A stretch of 64,000 bases of DNA from the IMG/VR virus record IMGVR_UViG_3300031965_000003, positions 5,350-69,349 of that record; one strand, 5' to 3'. The notes beneath the pieces are model-generated. The model saw nothing but the letters and a program-made list of their open reading frames with translations. It was not told where the DNA came from and ran no database searches. Position numbers and translations under genes: made by a program. This DNA is from a virus. Positions 1 through 9,029 of this stretch are shown in pieces; the first letter of the stretch is position 1; each line of letters starts with the position of its first letter.

Positions 1-685
1 GATCCCACAAAATACCGGATTGCCGCGCTGACAACTGCAAACACCACGGGGGCAAATGTTTTTCTTTAGCATGTCCGAAATCTTCGTAAATCAATTTCGC
101 CGTTGAGCCGCTGGCGGCCCATACGGTTTCTTTATCATAAGAGAATCGATGCAACGGATATACGCCCATGAGTGCATCGGCGGCATTGAAGAAGTCGTTC
201 GGAAACTTCTGCGAGAACCGAACAGCCTTGACCGTTTCTCCCCGAAATTCGATGCTGCCCTCAGAAATAAATAGCCCTGCCAATCGCAGATAATCATCGT
301 CTATTGGATATTCGGAAAATCTCGCGTCGGGCGCTCGCCGCGTGTGGAAAAATGCCTTCGTACCGGAAATCAACTCAGTCATCGGAATCAGTTGCCATGC
401 CGCTGTTTTAGCTTCATAGGCCGTCGTAAATCCATTTGATTTTTGTCTGTGAATTTGACTCACGAGCATATAGTGATTTGGCGTTACGATCGCGCGAGAA
501 GAATATGGCTCAAGCTCGTACATGATCCCGGTATAATCGTAGCAAATTGATCTGACTGGGCTTTGCCACTCGACAGAGCCGCCGGCAACTGGGATAGTCG
601 CCAAGTGCGACTCGCCCTGTAGAACGCCATCAAAATTCATCCATCCGTTGTCCGTTAAAAATTCCGTTGTTTCATCGTCATAACA
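1..685 (-). mobile_element. Intein with LAGLIDADG-type homing endonuclease (partial, continues past left edge)
   Basis: Block A CYDDETTEFLTDNGW starts at residue 244, right after host GYD. Block B-like IVTPNHYMLV is present, as is a LAGLIDADG-like helix LRLAGLFISEGSI. Confidence 0.88.
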
Positions 686-1414
686 GTCGTATCCGTATCT
701 GGCTTCCAATGCGGCGCGGTCTGGATTGCGTGTTGCTTTCCAGTTCTCGTATTGCGCGAACATCACCATGGCGTTGTGATAACCGCGCTCCTTTTGATAA
801 ACGGTCATAACATTGGCGCCGAATCGCTCGACACCGAGCTGGAATTCCGCCTCAGATATTTCACGCCCATTGGAATCTTTAATAACCGCCTCAACGGCAC
901 CAAGAATGTCTTTGGACAGCAGCGAGGTTTCTGGTAGCCCAAATTCCAACCTCGTCGGCTTGTGATCGGGCGGATTCAGCAGCCACTTTTTATGAGTCTT
1001 GATCCGCTTTAATTGCGCATGAGCATAGCCGCTAAAAGTGTAGCGCGCCTTCTTGGAGAGAAAGTCATGCTTCCAGTGCCGTAGCGCCGCACCGATCCAA
1101 TTCTCCTGAATGACATCCTCATCGGCAACCCAAAGGACTTCGATGATGTTTGGATTGCAATCCACCGCCAACTGAAAGAACTTGAGGATACCGTAGATGA
1201 CCATGTCAGGACTCTTCGATTCCGCCTGTTCGAATCGTTTCAGAAAACCGTGGAAATATTCCGCTGGCGGTATGGCGACACCCTTAATATCCAGATCGCT
1301 TTCCGGCGTATTGAGACCATAGGCGTGGCTGCCGTGCTTGACCAAAAGGATTGTGCGATCCTTAAGCCAGTCAAGATTGCCGCGGTAGTCGCGCTGCCAG
1401 TTAAAAGTTTCCAT
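1..1414 (-). CDS. RlaP-like (pol-beta superfamily) nucleotidyltransferase with in-frame intein; 3' end outside window
   Basis: Absent from the ORF track because it runs off the edge. Manual translation from ATG at 1414 gives METFNWQRDYRGNLDWLKDRTILLVKHGSHAYGLNTPESDLDIKGV...NPNIIEVLW...FSGYAHAQLKRIK...ALEARYGYD|CYDDETT..., open to base 2. GS-x-AYG-x4-SD-x-D-x-RG/KG is the NTase signature. Confidence 0.9.
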   Translation of the reverse strand, partial: METFNWQRDYRGNLDWLKDRTILLVKHGSHAYGLNTPESDLDIKGVAIPPAEYFHGFLKRFEQAESKSPDMVIYGILKFFQLAVDCNPNIIEVLWVADEDVIQENWIGAALRHWKHDFLSKKARYTFSGYAHAQLKRIKTHKKWLLNPPDHKPTRLEFGLPETSLLSKDILGAVEAVIKDSNGREISEAEFQLGVERFGANVMTVYQKERGYHNAMVMFAQYENWKATRNPDRAALEARYGYDCYDDETTEFLTDNGWMNFDGVLQGESHLATIPVAGGSVEWQSPVRSICYDYTGIMYELEPYSSRAIVTPNHYMLVSQIHRQKSNGFTTAYEAKTAAWQLIPMTELISGTKAFFHTRRAPDARFSEYPIDDDYLRLAGLFISEGSIEFRGETVKAVRFSQKFPNDFFNAADALMGVYPLHRFSYDKETVWAASGSTAKLIYEDFGHAKEKHLPPWCLQLSARQSGILWD

Positions 1415-1814
1415 AATTTACCTGCCAACAATTTAGCCCCAAATCGCGCCACATCTTGACGACTCTGTCACGATCATCAAGTACGAAAAGAATCTCATAC
1501 TCTGGTTTTATATACGTCTCGTAAATCTCTTTCTTGACAATTTCGTCACGGCGCTGATCTCCCGTTGGGCGCATCCGCAGTGTGGTAAATGGAACCTCAT
1601 GCCAGAAAATCCAATCCAAGGTTACACCGCGATATTTTTCCTGGCGCGAACTGACGAGCAAAATTTCGATGCCGTCTTTTATGCAGAGTTGCAGAATCAG
1701 TTTTACGGCCAGATTAATATCATCGTCCCTGGCCTTCTCGAACAAATACGGCTCGCAATCATTTCTAATCGCGAGCGTTCCGTCGAGATCACAGATTATG
1801 GCGCGTCGCGTCAC
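1401..1814 (-). CDS. HAD-family phosphatase resembling the polynucleotide kinase (PNKP) 3'-phosphatase domain
   Basis: DLDGTLA motif I, LVSSR, LRMRPTGDQRRDEIVK, and FVLDDRDRVVKMWRDLGL typical of T4 PseT C-terminal domain. Confidence 0.88.
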   Translation of the reverse strand: MTRRAIICDLDGTLAIRNDCEPYLFEKARDDDINLAVKLILQLCIKDGIEILLVSSRQEKYRGVTLDWIFWHEVPFTTLRMRPTGDQRRDEIVKKEIYETYIKPEYEILFVLDDRDRVVKMWRDLGLNCWQVNYGNF

Positions 1815-2125
1815 CCAAACTCCTTAACCCGCCAAGCCCGCCTCCGCTGTGCCTTCAACAATGACTTACGATTCTCTTCGATGTAGGCATCAACATCGGC
1901 CATAGTGAATCTGACATAGCGGCCAAGCCTCGTCGCCTTGATCTTACCCTGCCGCGCCTGCGTCTCCACGAAGGTCACCGGCACCTTGAGTATCCCCGCC
2001 ACTTCCTTGCTGGTGTAGAGTGTAGTGGCATCATTGCCGTGCCCTACCCTTTCCAGCTCGCGCCGGATGACACGACCGACGATGTCCTCGATCATGGATT
2101 CGTATGTGGTTGGTCGGTCGGACAT
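1811..2125 (-). CDS. Excisionase-like helix-turn-helix DNA-binding protein
   Basis: LYTSKEVAGILKVPVTFVETQARQGKIKATRLGRYVRFTMADVDAYIE (HTH_17 pattern); start trimmed to ATG 2125. Confidence 0.8.
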   Translation of the reverse strand: MSDRPTTYESMIEDIVGRVIRRELERVGHGNDATTLYTSKEVAGILKVPVTFVETQARQGKIKATRLGRYVRFTMADVDAYIEENRKSLLKAQRRRAWRVKEFG

Positions 2126-2135
2126 GATTTCTCGG

Positions 2136-2336
2136 TCACCTGCCAATCCGTAGAACTTTAGGTGGTTCGATAAGCCTGACACCACTGCCCAGATATCCCC
2201 AACGCTTACCGCAACGCAGACATGCGTATTGCGGCACTGCCATAAAGTCATCTCCGCCCGCTGTTGTTGACGGTGCATAATTCGGGATGAACGAATCCTC
2301 GACCTGAAAAACTAAATCGCATCTGCAATCGCTCAT
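2136..2336 (-). CDS. Hypothetical Zn-ribbon protein
   Basis: CxC...CLRC; fits gap in operon. Confidence 0.5.
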   Translation of the reverse strand: MSDCRCDLVFQVEDSFIPNYAPSTTAGGDDFMAVPQYACLRCGKRWGYLGSGVRLIEPPKVLRIGR

Positions 2337-2346
2337 TCGATTTCCC

Positions 2347-2556
2347 TTATGGAAAAATCCTTACAAACGTACGACCATCATTGACGAGACTGTAATGATT
2401 TTCTGAATCGCAACTAAACCAGCCTCCCCATGGAAATCCTAGTTTTCCGCAAACCGCGCATCTATTTTTGTCGATAGCGTAGTTATATTTTGCGGCGACC
2501 CAGACAAATCGGCCTGTCAATCCCGGTATTTCCACAATCTCAGCGGGTTCACTCAT
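2347..2556 (-). CDS. Hypothetical protein (CxxC...C..H)
   Basis: ORF track; ATGA-type overlap with the upstream gene. Confidence 0.55.
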   Translation of the reverse strand: MSEPAEIVEIPGLTGRFVWVAAKYNYAIDKNRCAVCGKLGFPWGGWFSCDSENHYSLVNDGRTFVRIFP

Positions 2557-2888
2557 CGTTTCAGCACTTCCCAGAAATCTTCAAAGTCTTGGGGTCTCAG
2601 CATGAAAACCTCGACCCCTGGTATGGCGCGGAAGTCCTGCAACCATTCCTTTTGCTTCTCGGTCAACTGCCCGGTCTCCGATTTCAATTCCGCCACTATC
2701 ATCCGCTTCTTTTTAGCATGAACCAGAACGCAATCTGGAAACCCTTCGACGGATCGAAAACTATTCCAGGTCGCGTAGTATCGCCAGCCGGTGAGGATCG
2801 CGGCTTGCTTGACCCTCATTTGAAAAAGTTTCTCCGTAATCTTCGGTTTGCCCTCACTATCGAGCGAGCGGGCGCGAATGTTTCTCAC
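2553..2888 (-). CDS. VRR-NUC domain nuclease
   Basis: EKLFQ...GFPDCVLV...AELKSETGQLTEKQKEWL; GTG start at 2888 overlaps the upstream TGA. Confidence 0.85.
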   Translation of the reverse strand: MRNIRARSLDSEGKPKITEKLFQMRVKQAAILTGWRYYATWNSFRSVEGFPDCVLVHAKKKRMIVAELKSETGQLTEKQKEWLQDFRAIPGVEVFMLRPQDFEDFWEVLKR

Positions 2889-3232
2889 GATCCCGACCCA
2901 TCCTCTTTCGGAGCATATTCGGGCTCTGGCTCCTGCTGGTCCTGCTCCAACTCTTCTTGGCGTCGCGCTCCCTCTTCCCACGCCTCTTGCCGCTGTCGTT
3001 CAAAATTATATTGCCGTTGCCGTTCTTGCCGGCGCTCCTCTTCCATGCGTTGCTCATAGCGCTCTTGCTCAAGGCGGCGCTGCTCGTGATCGTAAGCCTC
3101 GGTGTACGCTTCTTTGCACGGATCCCAGGTGTGGCGGTCGTAATAGTTTCGATCTTTATGATCGTACCGCGCATCTTGGCGCGCCCGTTCCCGATGATCT
3201 CTCTCATCCCAGCAGAATCCGTAACGGCTCAT
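2885..3232 (-). CDS. Hypothetical charged coiled-coil protein
   Basis: E/R/Q-rich ORF coupled to neighbours by 4-nt overlaps. Confidence 0.6.
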   Translation of the reverse strand: MSRYGFCWDERDHRERARQDARYDHKDRNYYDRHTWDPCKEAYTEAYDHEQRRLEQERYEQRMEEERRQERQRQYNFERQRQEAWEEGARRQEELEQDQQEPEPEYAPKEDGSGS

Positions 3233-4041
3233 AGTCTTGCCCTCACCTTCTCTAATACCTGCGGATAGACCTCAGGATGTTGTTCGGCAAACTTCTGTTT
3301 TTCTTTTTTCCAGCGGTAGGCCCCAGGATTATCCGGCACGACTTCGAGCCAGAACTGAGTCCAGCGACGGTGATCTATACCGGCAAGACTGAAGTCCTGG
3401 CGCCTAACGAATCCCCTGAGTTCGATGACGGCGCAGATCTCAAGTGCCGCGATTTTCCACATTGTTAGCTGCGTCGGTGCTGGAACACCGGCGGCAACAT
3501 CGGGAATATAGTATGGTAATTCATGGCGTTTGTCTGGATTACAGTAGTGCCAGTGATCAAATACGTCGCGATCATCCAGCCTGGGCCTGAATTCGATGAT
3601 ACCGTTGTAATTTCGTCGCGCCGTGATCATCTCCAGTCCTAAAGCCTCACAAAGACTGCGGTTCGTTCTGTGATCATCGGGAATCAGTACGGCCCTATAA
3701 TCCGGCCCGGTATAACTTCCCCAGCTCGTTCGCGATTCAATGGCCTGGCTCAAGACAGAGATATTGAATTTGAGCTTGGCCTGGACGCCGATCTGAGTAC
3801 CGTCACTACGGGCCAGCAAGATATCCCAGCCCGCAGTTTCGGGATAGCAGACCCAACCGGGATATTTTCTGATCTCAGTCATGAAACTGCTGCACATCTC
3901 GGCTTCTGTCTTAAATATCGGAACTCTTCGTCTCATCCCCTTATCATCCCTAAAATAATTTCCGCCGCCACTTTCTCGCCGATGTTCTTCAGCAATTGTC
4001 CACAGGTCATGAATTTGCAATTTGCAAAAGCACGTCTGCAT
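3229..4041 (-). CDS. Hypothetical protein, possible PD-(D/E)xK nuclease fold
   Basis: YPETAGWDILL...IGVQAK resembles a D...(E/Q)xK nuclease motif. Confidence 0.5.
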   Translation of the reverse strand: MQTCFCKLQIHDLWTIAEEHRRESGGGNYFRDDKGMRRRVPIFKTEAEMCSSFMTEIRKYPGWVCYPETAGWDILLARSDGTQIGVQAKLKFNISVLSQAIESRTSWGSYTGPDYRAVLIPDDHRTNRSLCEALGLEMITARRNYNGIIEFRPRLDDRDVFDHWHYCNPDKRHELPYYIPDVAAGVPAPTQLTMWKIAALEICAVIELRGFVRRQDFSLAGIDHRRWTQFWLEVVPDNPGAYRWKKEKQKFAEQHPEVYPQVLEKVRARL

Positions 4042-4234
4042 GACACAAATCTTGAAGTTTGCACCAACAAGCTAAGTTTTTATTGCGAAGCGCCGAGAGT
4101 CCATCGATGAGTTTCGTTCGCTGTGGATAGCCGTTCATGGCATCATGCGCCGCAATAAATCTTCCCGTCTTAGACGGCTTGTTCTTTATTCCGCTTTCGA
4201 CCCATTCTCGAAATGAATCACCGCAGCAGCGCAC
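4007..4234 (-). CDS. DUF4326-like protein (C-terminal half only)
   Basis: LRNKNLACWCKLQDLCHADVLL motif; the usual N-terminal GRPSKWGNPF part is missing. Confidence 0.6.
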   Translation of the reverse strand: MRCCGDSFREWVESGIKNKPSKTGRFIAAHDAMNGYPQRTKLIDGLSALRNKNLACWCKLQDLCHADVLLQIANS

Positions 4235-4775
4235 GTTCCAGAGGACTCAAATCCCAAGATGCCAATACGGCATAGACATTTCTGCCGAGATGCCGCAATA
4301 AGATCGGATCATGCGGCGGCTCCTGTTCCCACGTGGCATCCCATAAAATGTGGTACAGATCGATTGATCCTGCCGGCTTGAACCGTGGCGGGATTGATGG
4401 GACGCGGGCTTTTAGGTTGTAAAGAGTGTCACCGGAATGCGGTAACGCTTGAGCGGGAATATTTACCAAGCAATGAGTCGCACGGGGGGACGTCCAACGA
4501 TCCCTAGAAAACGTCACGGTAGAGGATGATTTATAGAGCCAGCACATCTCCCAGCTCGCTCGCGCAATCGCCAACCGCGGTCGTCCCAAATTGTCGATGC
4601 CAGCAGTTTGCATGACATCTATCAAGTCAAGAATCTTCTTGCCTTTGGCGAGATGTTTGTAACCGCGCAGTAAAATCTCATCTTCCTTGGTATGTTTGTG
4701 CTTGATTGCGGCCCGGTAGTTCTGCCATGCCTCCCTCGCCTTCGCCGGATCCATTGAGATTAGATTTGTTTCCAT
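4218..4775 (-). CDS. Hypothetical phage protein
   Basis: 185-aa ORF with RBS, in operon. Confidence 0.65.
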   Translation of the reverse strand: METNLISMDPAKAREAWQNYRAAIKHKHTKEDEILLRGYKHLAKGKKILDLIDVMQTAGIDNLGRPRLAIARASWEMCWLYKSSSTVTFSRDRWTSPRATHCLVNIPAQALPHSGDTLYNLKARVPSIPPRFKPAGSIDLYHILWDATWEQEPPHDPILLRHLGRNVYAVLASWDLSPLERALLR

Positions 4776-4798
4776 ATCAGTCCCCTTTCTTTGTTTTT

Positions 4799-5050
4799 TC
4801 AGTTCATCCCCACCAACCGATAAAAACTCTTACAAACTCCATCTTCACTCCACTCGTTCTTATGCTCGATGACATATCCATCCCTGCGCAGATCGGCGAT
4901 CCTGGAATGAACGGCAAAGGCGCCGCTGACCCGCCACAGGACCGGCATCTCAACCCACTGGCCCCAGACCCGCGACAGCTCCTTGAGGATTTTTTCCTTT
5001 TGGGAGTGGCCACTATTGTGGGCGCGGAATGCGATTTCGAGTTGGTTCAT
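4799..5050 (-). CDS. Small winged-HTH protein
   Basis: SQKEKILKEL...AVHSRIADLRRDGYVIEH...YRL. Confidence 0.7.
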   Translation of the reverse strand: MNQLEIAFRAHNSGHSQKEKILKELSRVWGQWVEMPVLWRVSGAFAVHSRIADLRRDGYVIEHKNEWSEDGVCKSFYRLVGMN

Positions 5051-5982
5051 GGGGAATCATTCGCCTCGACGGCAAACAATCCTTCATTCAACTGCACGGC
5101 GGACTCCAAATTGCGCCAAGCCTGCTCCCAATAACTGCGCTTCAGTTCCACGCCAATAAATCTACGGCCCATTTGCAAAGATACATAACCCGTTGAGCCG
5201 ATCCCACTAAACGGATCAAGAACAATATCGCCTGGGTTGCTCCAAAGCGTCATGGCACGTTCGATGATATCAAGAGACATTGGGCAGATATGTCTCTCGT
5301 CGTACTCGGTGCGCGCTAAGCGATAATTCAAAGTTCTGGTCGTGCGAATATCCATCCATACCGGCGAGGCATAGCGTCTCCATCGTTCGTGCGACAACAC
5401 ACCCGTCGTTGGCTCATTCTCACCTACAAAACTTTGCAAACCGTGCTCATGTGGAATAGGTTCGGGATTCTTGCCAGGCTTCCGAAATGCGAGCAGATAT
5501 TGCGGTATTCCCGCACGCACCATTGCGGAATCCTTGCAAAGCTGCTTATGCATCAGACCGATTGACTTTGTGCGCGTAGCTTCAATCAGTGGATCTTTCC
5601 AGATACAATGCTCGCTATGAAAAATAAAATGTTCCTTCTCGAAGGCTCGGATTAAATCACCGCGGAAGTCTTTGAGACCAATATGACCGTCGCGCACTTT
5701 CATGGCCGGGATGTTCATGCAATCCACGCCAATCAATCGACCGGGTTTGATGACTCGGAATAATTCTCTAACAATGAATCCAAAGTGATCGAAAAATTCA
5801 GCATCGTCGCGACTATTGCCGAGATCACGGTCAGAAGCGGAATAGACATAGAGAGACGAATATGGCGGACTGAATAGCGAAAAATGGATGCTATCTTCCG
5901 CGAGCCCGCGCAACAATTCTACACTATCGCCGTTGTATAAACTCCAGTGACTACCGATTTTTTGATCAAGAACCAATGGCAT
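5047..5982 (-). CDS. DNA N4-cytosine/N6-adenine methyltransferase (beta class)
   Basis: FSPPY catalytic motif IV precedes the VLDPFSGIGSTG SAM-binding motif I. Confidence 0.92.
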   Translation of the reverse strand: MPLVLDQKIGSHWSLYNGDSVELLRGLAEDSIHFSLFSPPYSSLYVYSASDRDLGNSRDDAEFFDHFGFIVRELFRVIKPGRLIGVDCMNIPAMKVRDGHIGLKDFRGDLIRAFEKEHFIFHSEHCIWKDPLIEATRTKSIGLMHKQLCKDSAMVRAGIPQYLLAFRKPGKNPEPIPHEHGLQSFVGENEPTTGVLSHERWRRYASPVWMDIRTTRTLNYRLARTEYDERHICPMSLDIIERAMTLWSNPGDIVLDPFSGIGSTGYVSLQMGRRFIGVELKRSYWEQAWRNLESAVQLNEGLFAVEANDSP

Positions 5983-7459
5983 AAATCATTTCCACCTTCG
6001 GATTGTATTCAGTTTTTACTCTTACGAGTCCGCCACGAAGCGCTTGCGTATTTAAGTCTTTCATTTCTGCTAGCATGCCGTCTGTCATGCGCTGGGCGTC
6101 GACTTCTTTTCTTTGGATGTTCGCTAATACGGCACCTTCGGTTTTTGCGGTGATGATATGCACATCAACCTGGCGCTTCTGACCAAAACGCCAACTTCGC
6201 CGGACAGCTTGATAAAATTGCTCGTATGAATCGGAGAGGCCGACAAAAATATTATCCGAACAACATTGAAGATTTAGCCCGTAGCCAAACATCACAGGTT
6301 TAGACACAATGGCGCGCGTCCTTCCATCGACGAAATCGATAATGGCTTGCTCTTTATGCTCAGCAGAGTCCGACCCCTTCACTTCAACGGCCCCAGTAAT
6401 GGCCCTAGTCAGTGCATCCGACTCTCGGTTCAGATTGCACCAGACGAGAATTTGTCTGTCGATCGGAATATCATTGGCGATCTCCGCGGCGAGTGCGACA
6501 CGATCCTTGATTGATGATCGCCGCGCCGAGACGCGCTCCTGTAATGTCGCCGCCTCTATCGCGAAGAGCGTCCCATCGGCTGGCTTGCCGGAATCAATCG
6601 TATGAGAAATAAACTTAATAGACGGTAAGAGGAAATCTTTGTCTTCATAGCAGAGATCACTCGGTTTTCTGAGAATGACAGCCCATGAACAAATCCAGCG
6701 CCAGAAATCTTTCTCAGCGTGACCCTTGATCCGCCATTTTGAAGTGTCGCCGCCGTCGTGGACAAAGAACATGGAGAGCATTTCAGTGCGCGTCATCACA
6801 CCAAGAAACTCAGCATGGTTGCATAATTCCATGTGATCGTTCGGCGCCGGTGTGGCGCTACAACAGAGCCTAAACGGTGTCTGTGAAAACACCTCTATCA
6901 ATTGATTGCGGGTTTTCCCATCAAACGCCTTGAGTATCGAACTTTCATCCAAGACGACGCCCGTAAATTGATCCGGCTCGAATGCGGCTAGCCTTTCATA
7001 GTTAGTTATTGTGATTCGCTTGCTGATCTCGTCCTGAGTTTTGGCGAGTCCAACTTCAACGCCAAACTTTTCCGCCTCGCGTTTGAATTGCTGCGACACG
7101 GCCAGCGGCGCGACAATTAAAACTTTTCCCGGAATATGGCGAGCCCATTCCAGAGCCATCGGCCCTTTGCCCAATCCACAGTCCGCCCAGATAGCGGCGC
7201 GGCCACGACGAAGCGCCCAGCGCACCAAATCGCGCTGAAAATCAAATAACATTGGGTTGAGTTCTGGAATCTCTTTCAATCCCGTATCTGGGTCGATGAG
7301 TGTCTTCCCGCTCAAAAATTCCTGATAGCTATTGCCGTCCTGTTTCATGTGCCTGTTAATTATCCTTGCTTCTGGACATTTCTCTTTCGCTTTTGTAGCT
7401 TGATCGGCTTGAAACTGTTCGGCTGTCTCAAACGTTCTGCCGCGATCCGTCGTGATCAT
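5966..7459 (-). CDS. SNF2-family helicase
   Basis: DCGLGKG Walker A variant, LDESS motif II, SATPAPND, GLNLQ, QAVRRSWRFGQ; start trimmed to ATG 7459. Confidence 0.9.
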   Translation of the reverse strand: MITTDRGRTFETAEQFQADQATKAKEKCPEARIINRHMKQDGNSYQEFLSGKTLIDPDTGLKEIPELNPMLFDFQRDLVRWALRRGRAAIWADCGLGKGPMALEWARHIPGKVLIVAPLAVSQQFKREAEKFGVEVGLAKTQDEISKRITITNYERLAAFEPDQFTGVVLDESSILKAFDGKTRNQLIEVFSQTPFRLCCSATPAPNDHMELCNHAEFLGVMTRTEMLSMFFVHDGGDTSKWRIKGHAEKDFWRWICSWAVILRKPSDLCYEDKDFLLPSIKFISHTIDSGKPADGTLFAIEAATLQERVSARRSSIKDRVALAAEIANDIPIDRQILVWCNLNRESDALTRAITGAVEVKGSDSAEHKEQAIIDFVDGRTRAIVSKPVMFGYGLNLQCCSDNIFVGLSDSYEQFYQAVRRSWRFGQKRQVDVHIITAKTEGAVLANIQRKEVDAQRMTDGMLAEMKDLNTQALRGGLVRVKTEYNPKVEMIYAIGS

Positions 7460-7652
7460 TGTTAAGCTCCCCCACCAGAGACAGCTCAGGCTCCCTAGAT
7501 TCGTCCACAGGCGCGGCATTCCCATTGACCCTACTGTGATCCCCAAACGGATCAGCGGCGTTCACAATGGCCAAATGGCGCGTAACGGCGATGCCTTTGA
7601 CGGAGGTCTGCAATAATTGCAGGGCCTCCTGATCCCAGCCTGTCACCTTCAC
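7428..7652 (-). CDS. Hypothetical protein
   Basis: 74-aa ORF between helicase and methylase. Confidence 0.4.
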   Translation of the reverse strand: MKVTGWDQEALQLLQTSVKGIAVTRHLAIVNAADPFGDHSRVNGNAAPVDESREPELSLVGELNNDHDGSRQNV

Positions 7653-7719
7653 GGTCCACCGTTGCCGTGGCGGTAGGATTCGACTAGGAGATGTTTACGT
7701 TTGGGCATAGGTCCTGCTT

Positions 7720-8820
7720 TCACTCCCGCTGTTTCGTTTCTAGGTATGCTTTGATGAACGCTTGGGCGACTTGCGGACAGATAGCATTGCCAGCTCCGCG
7801 CAACTTTCCCATTCTTGCGAAAACCCCATGAGCCAGAGGGAATGCATCGGATTGAGCTGATACGCGCCGCCATCCATCCGAGCACTCAACGGCGACGGTG
7901 GGGCCGTTCCAGCGAGGCACACCATCTTGGATTGCAAATCCAACGAGTCCGCTACACCTTTCGCCGCGCGGGCGATACTCACGCCGTTGTTCTTGTGATC
8001 GCGGGCTAGCGGAGTTGCCCAGCCCTTCAGGGTTAATGCGTCCAGTCGCAGTGATTTGTTCTTGGTTCCCTTGCCTGCCTTCTCCGATGCCGTCGGTGTC
8101 GTCCAACCCTTCAATGCCCTGACCGTATTCGTCACGAACCGATTGTTGCCCGCTTGGTGGCCGTCCGTATTCACTGGCGCTGTCGGCGTGTCCAAACCCA
8201 CCAGTCGAACCATCTTCGCCGCCGCTTCCATGCCTATTTGTACTTTCTTCCCGTTGTGCATCGCCGTTCGGCCCTTCATCTCGGCATGAGCGATCGATCG
8301 GCCTCCATTCGGCACGTTGGGCGTCGGCCACCCAATAAAGGCGCTGCCTGATATGGGGTGCGCCGATCCCCGCAGAGCACAGATCGGCAGCCCCGCAGGC
8401 ATATCCCAATGCTTCCAAATCAGCGCGTACTCCGGCGAACCATTCACGTCCATCCTTGCTCGCAACCTGTTCTCCAAAGACAACTGAAGGCTTGCACTCG
8501 GCGATGAGGTCATAAAAAGCGGGCCACAAGTGTCGTTTATCGGCATGGCCTTTTCGCTGTCCCGCGCTCGAAAGCGGCTGACACGGACAGGAGCCGGTCC
8601 AGACTGATTCAGTGTCGGGCCATCCGGATAGCCTGAGAGTATAGGACCATCCGCCGATGCCGGCAAAAAAGTGATGTTGGTCGAATCCTTCAAGGTCTTT
8701 TGCTCCAACTTCTTCGATTGATCTTTGATCCACATAGCCGTCACAAATTAGCTTTTCCTGAATGAGTTCATTGAGCCACGCCGCTGCAAACCCATCGTTC
8801 TCATTGTAGTAAGCCGTCAT
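7720..8820 (-). CDS. DNA cytosine-C5 methyltransferase, alpha polypeptide
   Basis: HFFAGIGGW (motif I), GSCPCQP (catalytic PC), GEQV (motif VI), RQRLYWVA (motif VIII), KLRGAGNAI (motif X); motif IX is missing in this frame. Confidence 0.92.
   Translation of the reverse strand: MTAYYNENDGFAAAWLNELIQEKLICDGYVDQRSIEEVGAKDLEGFDQHHFFAGIGGWSYTLRLSGWPDTESVWTGSCPCQPLSSAGQRKGHADKRHLWPAFYDLIAECKPSVVFGEQVASKDGREWFAGVRADLEALGYACGAADLCSAGIGAPHIRQRLYWVADAQRAEWRPIDRSCRDEGPNGDAQREESTNRHGSGGEDGSTGGFGHADSASEYGRPPSGQQSVRDEYGQGIEGLDDTDGIGEGRQGNQEQITATGRINPEGLGNSASPRSQEQRREYRPRGERCSGLVGFAIQDGVPRWNGPTVAVECSDGWRRVSAQSDAFPLAHGVFARMGKLRGAGNAICPQVAQAFIKAYLETKQRE
7740..8744 (-). CDS. Overlapping alternative-frame beta polypeptide of the C5 methyltransferase
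   Basis: 334-codon ORF fully inside the MTase gene, with GWPTP/GWTTP/GWATP repeats and C-terminal QLNPMHSLWLMGFSQEW resembling motif IX; true start uncertain. Confidence 0.75.
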   Translation of the reverse strand: MTAMWIKDQSKKLEQKTLKDSTNITFLPASADGPILSGYPDGPTLNQSGPAPVRVSRFRARDSEKAMPINDTCGPLFMTSSPSASLQLSLENRLRARMDVNGSPEYALIWKHWDMPAGLPICALRGSAHPISGSAFIGWPTPNVPNGGRSIAHAEMKGRTAMHNGKKVQIGMEAAAKMVRLVGLDTPTAPVNTDGHQAGNNRFVTNTVRALKGWTTPTASEKAGKGTKNKSLRLDALTLKGWATPLARDHKNNGVSIARAAKGVADSLDLQSKMVCLAGTAPPSPLSARMDGGAYQLNPMHSLWLMGFSQEWESCAELAMLSVRKSPKRSSKHT

Positions 8821-9029
8821 CCTTCCTCACCAGGTTCCCTTCCATATCTATCGCGCTCCCTAATCCTCTCCCGCGTTATCTTTTCGACCGCCTCCTCGTA
8901 ACTCATCTTCCCCTCGCTGGCCGCGATCATCGCGCGTATCTTCTCGGTCCCACTCGCAATCGTTGCCGCGCTGCGCGTGTCGGGAAGATTGATCCAGGGC
9001 CGCTTTTTCTTTTTCGGTTTGCGTTTCAC
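8817..9029 (-). CDS. Hypothetical protein
   Basis: ORF with 4-nt overlaps on both sides. Confidence 0.55.
   Translation of the reverse strand: MKRKPKKKKRPWINLPDTRSAATIASGTEKIRAMIAASEGKMSYEEAVEKITRERIRERDRYGREPGEEG

Noticed and set aside
7670-7700. GTCGAATCC T-loop-like string (and similar strings near 16780 and 25690) as tRNA genes
   Set aside because: No acceptor, D or anticodon stems could be built around them.
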